NCBI GenBank assembly: GCA_031409275.1
Contig: JANNXA010000051.1
Coordinates: 64,001 to 128,000 of the forward strand
DNA from: Planctomycetota bacterium
GTDB taxonomy: Bacteria > Planctomycetota > B15-G4 > SIAN01
Direction: 5' to 3'
DNA length: 64,000 nt
The translations under genes were made by a program, and so were the position numbers. Under the pieces are notes generated by a model that saw only the letters and a program-made list of their open reading frames with translations, had not been told where the DNA came from and did no database searches. Every line of letters begins with the position of its first letter. Position 1 is the stretch's first letter. Below, piece by piece: positions 39,401-46,081 of the stretch.

Positions 39401-41355
39401 TGCGACCGGGCGCGATCGACGTTCGGCTGCTTCGCACGAGCTCGTGGACATCGCTCCGATTCACCGTCGTCGGACGCGTGCCCGGCGACTGGCGCGCGCT
39501 GCCGCCGCAAGCGCGCTCCGCCGTCGAGCTCCATCGCGCCGCGAACGGCGAGGAGTGGAAGCTGCGCGTCCTGCCGGTCGGCGCGAAGAGCGCTGACCCC
39601 TATCGCCCGACGCCCGACGAACTCTTCTCGCGCGGCAAGCGGCTCTTCGAGGCCGGGGAACGCGCCGCAGCTGCCGTTCCGCTCGAGGCGCTGGTGGCCG
39701 AGTTCGGCGCCAAGCTGAAGGAGGCGGCTCAGCGCGAGGTCGCGCGCATGCTGCTCGCGTGCGCGCTCGAAGCGGGCGATGCCACGCGCATCGTGCGCTC
39801 GTTCGAGACCGTGAAGGAGAAGGACCCGGCGCTGGCGTTGCCCGCCGACGAAGTGCGCGCGGTGGCGGCCGCCTACCGCTCGCTCGAGGAGCATGAGCCG
39901 GCGCTCGAACTGACGCGCGCGCTGATCGACGAGACGTTCCGCCGCGACCTGCAGCTCCCGGCGATGCTGGCCGGGGCGAATCGCATGCGCGCCTCCTTCG
40001 AGTTGCGCGAGCGCCTCTGGCTCGACTACCCCGACACGCCCGCGGTGAAGCAGTCCTATCTCGCCCTCTCCGATGACCTGCTCGCGCTGGCTCCACGCGC
40101 CCACGAGAGCGCGCTGCTGCGCGCCGAGAAGCTCGATCGCGCGACGCTGCAGCGCGATGGCATGCGGATCCTGATGCGCTTCCTCGCCTTCAGCCCGAGC
40201 GACCCGCTCGCGCCGGAAGCGGGGCTCGGGTTGGTCACCGCGTGGCTGGCCATCGAGGAGTGGGAGGCTGCTTCGGGCCTCGCCGAACGTCTCGCGAAGC
40301 GCTGGAGCGAGCCGCGCTTCGCCGATTCGTTCCTCTACAGCAAGGCGGTCGCCGAATGGTCGCTCGGCCACGACGACGCGGCGCGCGCGCTGCTTGAGCG
40401 AATCGCCGTCGCGGAGTACGTCGACGCGAGCGGTCGCAAGGTGCCCTCCGTCAACCGCGACCTCGCCTGGTACATCCTCGCGCAGATCCACCACGCGCGC
40501 CGTGACGCCGCCGCCGCGATGCGCTGCTACGAGAAGGTCGCCGGCGCCTTCCCCGATGCGCGCGACGCGCTGCATGGGTTGCGCGAGCGACTGCTCGAAC
40601 TGCCCGAAGTGACCAGCGCTCGGCCGGGCGAGAAGCCACAGGTCGAGCTGCGTTCGAAGAACCTCGCGCGGGCGCAGTTGCTGGTCTATCCGGTCGACTT
40701 GATGACGCTCTGCCTGCGCGAGAAGAACCTCTCCGGCATCGCGGGAGTGAACCTTGCCGGCATCGCGCCAGCGGCGCGCCTCGACGTCGACCTCGCGAAG
40801 GAGTCGCAGTTCGAGCCGCACACGACGAAGGTCGCCCTCGACCTGCCGCAGGCGGGCGCCTACCTCGTGCTGGTGCGGGCGGACGAGCACCACGCTTCGG
40901 GCCTCGTGCTGGTGACGCCGCTCGACCTGCAGGTGAAGGAGGAGAGCGACGGTCGCATGCGCATCCACGTGCAGGATGCGGCGAGCGGCGCCTTCCTGCG
41001 CGACGTCGACGTGCGGGTGATCGGCTCGCGCAACGACGCCTTCACGGCGGGCCGCACCGATCCGCGCGGCCTCTTCGTGGCCGAGGGGCTCGAAGGCACC
41101 GCGACGGTCATCGCACGCGCCGGCGAACGCGCCTACGCCTTCTGGCGCGGCGCGCGCCAACTCGGGCGCGAGGAGCAGTCGAAGCGCAAGGAGGCGGAAC
41201 ACGGCGGCGACGACCAGTTCCGCGAGCAGGGCGACTACTTGAAGAACGTCGTCGAACTGAACCGCGGTCTGCAGCAACAGCGCGCCAGCAACCTCGAACA
41301 GGAGTTCAAGAAGGCCGGGCAGGCGGTTCCGGTGCAGAGCCAGCAGGAGGAGTAG
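33478..41355 (+). CDS. giant exported TPR + alpha-2-macroglobulin family protein (2625 aa)
   Basis: Signal peptide, TPR-like helices, MG2 motif FTDRPAYRPGQQV, LAVVDDALL, TTDAEGKASVTFRLPQRSTTWQL, QRDDGGFAW, then C-terminal TPRs. Confidence 0.85.
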   Translation: MRRPHLLALALCVAATALFALPPLAARDERPPLDEAPAALRDALLDGDFENALAQLVELERSEPTRGDLWAMLRGQIHATRGEAALAEQDFAAVESRFAGTPWRSKARFGRASALRDLRRFAEAEAIVASEAARLRSPERRTELAQLAVDLADAALDPKAAGAAETPASDPALAFALYEQVLGLDPPAPVVAHVQRQRGRCLLALGQPGPALVAFTAYLASPAGRERSGVSIDARLAAARCEAALGRVGDARRSLERLATELSQAPEPAMRARLGDALEAAARTWRPDLATERLLAVTSLRRFVEQCPDHPLAWTARLDAASYLAAAGETEEALAAFDAIIAGPAGAAAEEATRARAEAAFRRGQLLLSQGRCEAAGAAFADCVARDPTGPRWAEAQAAMVEAEYRVAAIARDRKEFAAARAALTRFISLHPLDPRVAESRFEIGALYRDEAEQLRQANGSSSVEPALSLERSALEEWQRCVRLHPGSDVASHALFASGRLWHDSLLDLEKAVEMWRACSFGAYAGEAAGRLAELLTPSLSVVTPRSFRSNEAAHLELLARNVAQVKVKLHRLDLEAYFRKFLAADAVEELDLDLIAADLEFTFDVPDYARWKACRAPITLPLLGSGAWVAVVESEQQRTTTLVLKSDIDLIVKSAARELLVFAENRLLGTAAAGVELLIDLGAGEDGSRRQHTGTTGSDGLFHLRTETPFEPSALRMLAKSAADFAVVQVPLQGGASAPTLLPRGLVFTDRPAYRPGQQVEIAAFLRDVKEGSLTASKGSRWTLSLHDPRDRLVRSETLLLDEFGTAAAKFELDAFATLGTWMVVVERQDGPTFRGSFLVADYQLERVTLDLTAPRRVWFRGETIEVEGLARWQHGAPVADAALRVELPDGRIEEMRTDAQGQFRIRFETVDLPEERALAFQATLLDGGVVASETIFLALREFDLSLELPTRALLADERFAIGVRATRRDGTPMATPCRVALLRKESGGGEVRAQQLTGTTLAADGRTTFEATLARGGTYVVRAEATDRFGQRIVAEGMVLISDSDDEQKLRLLSDRTRLEVGESTKVRLLQRDGGGLLLLTWELHDGLRWQVLDAREATRELTITADAELAPGFVLAAAAMRGTRLHIASTPFEVTRALRLTVVPRTATATPGGELTVDFTTADPLGRPLSARVALAVVDDALLRQFPDTTPLPERVFALGGGAPAPWRLSSSCTFRYEAAPVAIARTVRDEEARQVATAEFDREKGGFLTMLGYLGDGGGGDGPASEERPAADPAGNADDLVRATTGGGGGGFLSGRLNRNAVARSKQREEAGRAAPAGLAEAGLDDDTACFAPAITTDAEGKASVTFRLPQRSTTWQLVARGLSVDSRAALAQQSIVAREPFFAELRAPATLRQGDTPRLLATLFSEPGAVGQVELRLRVHLGDQVTSLPATLALSQSGTTEHLFPALAALPLTADAKFELVATQVGVTPAREQRSTLTLPIEPFGLERRAAKSGELRSSARFTLELPGEVSYVARSLDLWIAPSAARLLLDDALERTLDRRNAPRVQPQADVATELLGTCEVLALGQQLVTGAAASELDLAALRSQAQGLLARLVVTQRDDGGFAWAGDHGSDRPTTALALVALARAQALGFAVPVATMGAARQYVETAFRNSGPDSDELKAMLQLALAGQGAADAAALQRLHRVRATLSPAALAYTCLALVASGKEPMAIDLAALIEQRAIVAPAGGASRCWDAQQNRRFQRSPLETSALALLALSAATPASPTLAGAVDALLAERPWAPARAAGLVRAALARFYADVVPERSEAVVRVRVNDRLLPPVLMPAGAGAQAVAIPAELLREGKVKVELELEGRARPSYAALLRGFTPDVRRTDRDDLRWSNVVVSAPAPLLRGRPLDTGFSVLSETPRDSWINTRAELAVGELAEVQLSCYLGRESVDADDTDPYELAVALPAGVELLPGSLNGNFTTFALRPGAIDVRLLRTSSWTSLRFTVVGRVPGDWRALPPQARSAVELHRAANGEEWKLRVLPVGAKSADPYRPTPDELFSRGKRLFEAGERAAAAVPLEALVAEFGAKLKEAAQREVARMLLACALEAGDATRIVRSFETVKEKDPALALPADEVRAVAAAYRSLEEHEPALELTRALIDETFRRDLQLPAMLAGANRMRASFELRERLWLDYPDTPAVKQSYLALSDDLLALAPRAHESALLRAEKLDRATLQRDGMRILMRFLAFSPSDPLAPEAGLGLVTAWLAIEEWEAASGLAERLAKRWSEPRFADSFLYSKAVAEWSLGHDDAARALLERIAVAEYVDASGRKVPSVNRDLAWYILAQIHHARRDAAAAMRCYEKVAGAFPDARDALHGLRERLLELPEVTSARPGEKPQVELRSKNLARAQLLVYPVDLMTLCLREKNLSGIAGVNLAGIAPAARLDVDLAKESQFEPHTTKVALDLPQAGAYLVLVRADEHHASGLVLVTPLDLQVKEESDGRMRIHVQDAASGAFLRDVDVRVIGSRNDAFTAGRTDPRGLFVAEGLEGTATVIARAGERAYAFWRGARQLGREEQSKRKEAEHGGDDQFREQGDYLKNVVELNRGLQQQRASNLEQEFKKAGQAVPVQSQQEE

Positions 41356-42149
41356 CAGGCGGAGCCGCAGGAGGAGTGGACGGCGGCGGCGGCGGCTCGT
41401 CGGCCAGCAGGACCTCGAGCATGCGGGCGGGGTTGCGCAGGAAGTCGCGGGTCAGCACGCAATGCGCCGACTCCTCCCACGCGACCGCGCGCATGCCGTT
41501 TGGGTCGAGCTCGACGATCTTGGCGTCGGGGTAGGCCGCCGGGATGGAAGCGCTCGAGCGCGATCCAGAGGAAGAACTCGCCGTGCGACTTCTCGTGGAG
41601 CGGTTCCCATTCGTACTCGTACGCCTCGCGCTCGGCTTCGGTCGCGATGTTGAACAGCGACTCGGCGCGCAGGAAGAAGCCGCCGTTCTCGCGCCGCGGC
41701 CCGCGAGCGAGTCGCAACGCCTCATGCAACGACGACTCGCTCGGCCGCGTCGCCGAACGGAAGTTCTTGGTCCCGCCCTCCGCGTTGAAGACCGCGTTGA
41801 TGGCGATCGCCTCGATCAGCGTCGACTTGCCCGATCCGTTTTCGCCGACGAGGAACGTGACCGCGGGACGGAACTCCAGCCGCTCGAGCCGTGCGATCGC
41901 GGGGATCGAGTAGTGTCCTAGAACAGAAGTTCGCGAACACGGACCGAGGCGATGTTTGGGTCAGGCGAGGAGTGCCGACGAATCAACTTCCCTGGCAGTT
42001 GGTGAGGAGGCGAGACGAAGCATGGCGCGAAGAGCGCCCGGTTTCGTGGAAGCGAACCTCTGTTCCAGGACACTAGGGATCGCCGTTCCAATCGCCGACC
42101 TTGTCGCGCAGCGCTCGATGTGGCGCAGGATGCCCGCGATGGCGCTCAC
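41306..42149 (-). pseudogene. ABC-type ATPase (COG3910-like) pseudogene
   Basis: VTFLVGENGSGKSTLIEAIA, FFLRAES, SHGE and AYPDAKI..TRDFLRNP fragments in different frames; 1-nt frameshift near 42112, MITE at 41911-42075, Walker B region absent with frameshift near 41535. Confidence 0.85.
41911..42075 (+). mobile_element. IS630-derived MITE (161 bp plus TA target duplication)
   Basis: Terminal inverted repeats TAGTGTCCTaGAACAGAaGTTCGC / GCGAACcTCTGTTCcAGGACACTA (22/24 including the TA). Removing it with one TA restores GAT CCC TAC TCG (DPYS) in the ATPase. Confidence 0.85.
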
Positions 42150-42230
42150 CGCTCCCGCGCGCCGCGACGCCGCCGCGCGCCGCGCGCCGCGATGCCGCGA
42201 CCGCGACGAGCGCAACGCCTCACGGCGTGA

Positions 42231-44789
42231 TCATTTCCCCTCGAGCCAATCGGCGAAGAGCTGCGGGTCGTCCTTGAACTTCTGGTCGAACGAGGTGTGT
42301 CGGATCAGCTTGCGCGTCTTCGGGTCGATCGCGATGTAGTACGACTGCGCGTGGTAGCCGATGTAGCCGCGCTCGATCTCGATCCACTTCTCTCCCAGCG
42401 TGTCGTGGTCGGTGTGGAGACGCGCTTCGATGAACCCTGCCTTGAAAGCCCGGCGCACGGCCGGGTGCGGGAAGATCTCCTCTTCCATGACGCGGCAGTT
42501 GATTCAGGTAAAGCCGGTGAAGTTCAACAGCACCAGCTTCCCCTCCTTCTGCGCGCGAAGGCACGCGGCATCGAGGTCGTCGACGATCGTCACGTGGGCG
42601 GCATCCACTGCCGATTCGCCCCCGCCGCCGCCGCTGCGCGTCGAATAGGGCGGCGCCATCACCGTCATCACCCAGTCGAGCTTGCTGCCGAGCGCGCCGT
42701 TCAAGTTGTAGAGGCCAAACAGCATGAAGGCGACGCCGGCCACCATGCGACCGGAGCCGACCGACGCGTGCAGCCGAACCGGCACTCCCGGCTCGAGGAC
42801 GACAGGCTCGCTGTCCTCATGCAGCCGGATCACGCCCCAGAGATAGAGCGCCGCGGCCAAGAAGATGCCGGCCCACCAGAGATAGAAGAGCTCGCGCGAG
42901 ATGACGCCCCACTGCAACACGAGGTCGGCGTTCGAGAAGAACTTGAGCGCCGCCGCCAGCTCGATGAATCCGAGGCAGACCTTGAGCGTGTGCATCCACT
43001 CGCCGCTCTTGGGCAGCGTCTTCGCCTTGGCGGGCAGCAGCGACAGGAAGACGAACGGGATCGCCATCGTCAGCCCGAAGACGGTCATGCCCAGCACGAC
43101 GCGCAGCATGCTCGACGCGCCCGCCGCCAGCAGCGAGCCGACGAACGGAGCGGTGCAGGTGAACGAGGTGATCACCAGCGTCGCGCCCATCAGGAAGACG
43201 CCGACGTAGCCGCCCTTGCGCGTCGCCTTGCCGGCCGCCTGCAGCAGGAACTGCGGCGGCTGCAGCAGGAGCAGCCCGAAGAGCGAGAGCGAGAAGACGA
43301 CGAAGAAGGTGCCGATGATCAGGTTCGTCACCCAGTGGGTCGCGAACGGGATGATGATCGGACCGACGAGCGCCCCGATCACCACGTAGATGATCACGAT
43401 GCCGGCACCGTAGGTCAGCGAGAGCGGCAGGATCGAGGTCTGCCGCGCCGTCGCCTGCTTGGTGAAGTAGCTGATCGTGATCGGGATCATCGGGTAGGTG
43501 CACGGCATCAGCAGGCTGAAGAGCCCCCACCCGAATGCGGTGAGCAGGAAGACTCCGAGCGGCAGCTCTTCGAGTTTGGCCGCGGCCTTGTTGACCGGCG
43601 CGGCGGAGGCCGTCTCGTCGGGCGCCTCGTTGCCGTTCGCCGCGCCGCTCGCCGCGCCGCTCACCGCACCGTCCTGCGCCAGCGCCGCGCCGACCACGAG
43701 ATCGGCCGGGAATGCGGCGAAGAGCGCATCGAGGCCGGTGCCCGCGTTCTTCACGCGCTGGGCGTACGGCACGCAGCCGCTCGAGTTGCATGTGTCGCCA
43801 TCGAGGCTCAGCGTCAGTGCCGAGAGGTCCGCGCCCGCTGCTGCCGTCCCGCGCAGGTAGACGACAAAGGTCCCCTCGTGGACCCAGAGCCACGTCTTGG
43901 TGGCGCCGAACTCCTGCGGCTCCCTCTTCGGCTCCGGGAAACGCGCGGCACTCCACTCGACGGCCGCCCCCTCGAACGCGAGCGTGGTCGGCTTGCCGAT
44001 CGCGTCCGGGCCGCCGAGGTCCGCGTCCGTCGGCCCGTGACCGATGTGGTAGCCCGGATCGACGGAGATCTGCACCGCCGCCGTGACGTCGGCCCCATCC
44101 GCGCGGACGAAGAACTGCGCGTGCGCACGCAGATCGTCGAAGGCGCCAAACGACGGGACGGAGAACTCGCGGGCCGGCTCGACTTTCGGTTCGGGCGCGC
44201 CCGGCGCCAGCAGATCGGCGGGGAACTTCTCGAAGAGCTTGTCGCGGCCCGCGCCGCCGCTCGTCACCTTCTGCTTGTAGGGCACGCAGCCGGCCGCATT
44301 GCAGGTCTGACCGCGGATGGTGAGTTCGATCGTCGCGGGGTCGGCGGCCGCGTCGGTCCTGCGTCCGCGCACCCACACGACCGGCGAGCCGTAGTGGACG
44401 TTCAACCAGGTCTTGATCGCTCCGAACTCCTGCTCCTCGCGCTCAGGATCGGGGAAGCGCGGGACGCTCCACTCGAAGCCGGCGCCGGCGAAGGCCAGCG
44501 TCGTGGGCATGCCGGCGGCATCGGGTCCGCCGACGTCGGCGGCGGTGGGACCGTGACCGATGTGGTAACCCGGCTCGAGCACGATCTCGACGGCGACCTT
44601 CACGTCGTCGCCGTCGACGCGCAACCACAGCTTGGTGTCGGCGCGATTCTGAGCGAACGCCGCCGTCGACAGCAGCGCCAGGACGACGCAGCGCAGGCTC
44701 ACCTGCAGGAAGCGTGCGAGTCGAGAGCGTCCACTGCGGCGCCGCGCGCCGCGCTCCGTCTCGATCGGTAGGGACGACGTGACCACCAT
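42231..44789 (-). CDS. dsbD: DsbD-family thiol:disulfide interchange protein, probable selenoprotein (in-frame UGA at 42506-42504, UxxC)
   Basis: Two DsbD-N-like domains (TCNAAGCVPY, TCNSSGCVPY), TM domain cysteines (LMPCTYPMIP, SFTCTAPFVG), PKSGEWM, then thioredoxin LLNFTGFT*INCRVMEEEIF continuing in frame to the stop at 42231. GAGGAG upstream of ATG 44789. Confidence 0.85.
42467..42503 (-). promoter_or_regulatory. candidate bacterial SECIS element
   Basis: After the UGA: stem GGAAGA/UCUUCC closing a GGAGA loop that starts 23 nt downstream, with possible lower GCG/CGC pairing. Folded by eye only. Confidence 0.55.
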
Positions 44790-44934
44790 CGGCTGAAGTG
44801 CTCCTCGACGCATCGCGCGACCTCGCGCCTCGTTGCGCCCGCTTCGTCTACGAACCGCGCCGTCATTGGTGCCGCTCGGAGAAGCGCGGGAGGTTAACCG
44901 ACCGCGTGCGCGCTGGCGTGCGCCCGGGGTGGGC

Positions 44935-46077
44935 TCAGCTGGCGAGGAGCTCGTCGTAGAGCGCGCCGTAGCTTCGGACCATGGCTGCGAGGTCGAACTC
45001 GGCCTGCGCCTTTTTGCGGTTCGCCGCGCCGATCGCCGCACTCGCCGCCGGATCATCGAGCAGCGCCGCAAGCGCGGCGGCGAACGTGGCCGGCTCCCGG
45101 GAGGCGACCACGCTGCGCTGCCCCTCCGGCGCGACCATCGTTGCGACATCGCCCACCGCGGTCGCAACGGCCGGAAGTCCGCACCCCATCGCCTCGATCA
45201 GCGAGATCGGCATCTGCTCGGTGTGCGAGGTGAGGGCGAAGAGGTCCATCGCGTGGTAGGCGTCGCGCGGATCGGGGAGGTTGCCGGCGAAATGGACTCG
45301 CGCCGCGATGCCGCGTGATTCGGCCAGCGCGCGCAGGCGCCCCTCTTCCGGCCCGTCGCCGACGATGAGCAGTTGCGCGGTGCGCAGCGCGCCGCTCGTC
45401 GCCGCGCGCGCCGTCGCCACGGCGTCGATCAGCAGCTCGAGCGCCTTCTCCGGTCGCAGCCGCGCCACGGTCCCGATCACCGGCACCGCCTCGGCAAGTC
45501 CGAGCGCGGCCCGCGCCGCACGCTTCGCGGCGACGTCTCGCACCGGCGCGAAGTGGTTCAGGTCGATGCCGTTGCGGATGTAGACGCGTTGCGCCGCCGG
45601 CACGTGCCAGGTGTGCTGGGCATGGCGCAACAGGAGCTGCGAAGGGACGACGACGCGCGACACGAGCGGCAGCACGAGTCGGCGGAAGCGGACGCGGCGC
45701 GGCAGCTGGCCGCTCGCCTCATCGGGCCCGAATCCATCCTCGGCGTGCAGCAAGCGGCGATAGCCGAAGAGGCGCGCGCCCGGAATCGCCTCGATCGCGC
45801 CCCAGTTGTAGGTCACCACGAGATCGGGTTGAAGGCGCGAAATCAGCCGCCCGAGTCGCCAGGAGTAAGCACCGAGCACTCCCTTCTTCGGCGGATCGGC
45901 GTAGGCGACGCGCGAATGGCCGGCGAGGCGCGCGGCACAGGCGAAGTTGCCATCGAGCCCGACGATCGTGTGGCGGTAGCGATCGGGCAGCGCGTGGATC
46001 AGCGTCGCCGTGCGCACTTGCGGCCCGCCGGCCGCGAACGTGCTGAAGAGGTGGAGCAGGTGGCGCTCGCCCGCCAT
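44935..46077 (-). CDS. glycosyltransferase family 4 (GT-B)
   Basis: GGPQ, HAEDG, IRNGID, VARLRPEK, VGDGPE, SHTEQMPISLIEAMGCGLPAVATAVG. Confidence 0.9.
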   Translation of the reverse strand: MAGERHLLHLFSTFAAGGPQVRTATLIHALPDRYRHTIVGLDGNFACAARLAGHSRVAYADPPKKGVLGAYSWRLGRLISRLQPDLVVTYNWGAIEAIPGARLFGYRRLLHAEDGFGPDEASGQLPRRVRFRRLVLPLVSRVVVPSQLLLRHAQHTWHVPAAQRVYIRNGIDLNHFAPVRDVAAKRAARAALGLAEAVPVIGTVARLRPEKALELLIDAVATARAATSGALRTAQLLIVGDGPEEGRLRALAESRGIAARVHFAGNLPDPRDAYHAMDLFALTSHTEQMPISLIEAMGCGLPAVATAVGDVATMVAPEGQRSVVASREPATFAAALAALLDDPAASAAIGAANRKKAQAEFDLAAMVRSYGALYDELLAS

Positions 46078-46081
46078 CGAA

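Noticed and set aside
42150..42225. CCGCG-rich tract between dsbD and the ATPase pseudogene
   Set aside because: Low-complexity GC sequence with no regular period.
42231..42488. Independent 85-aa gene
   Set aside because: It is the in-frame remainder of the DsbD thioredoxin domain, starting just after the active site.
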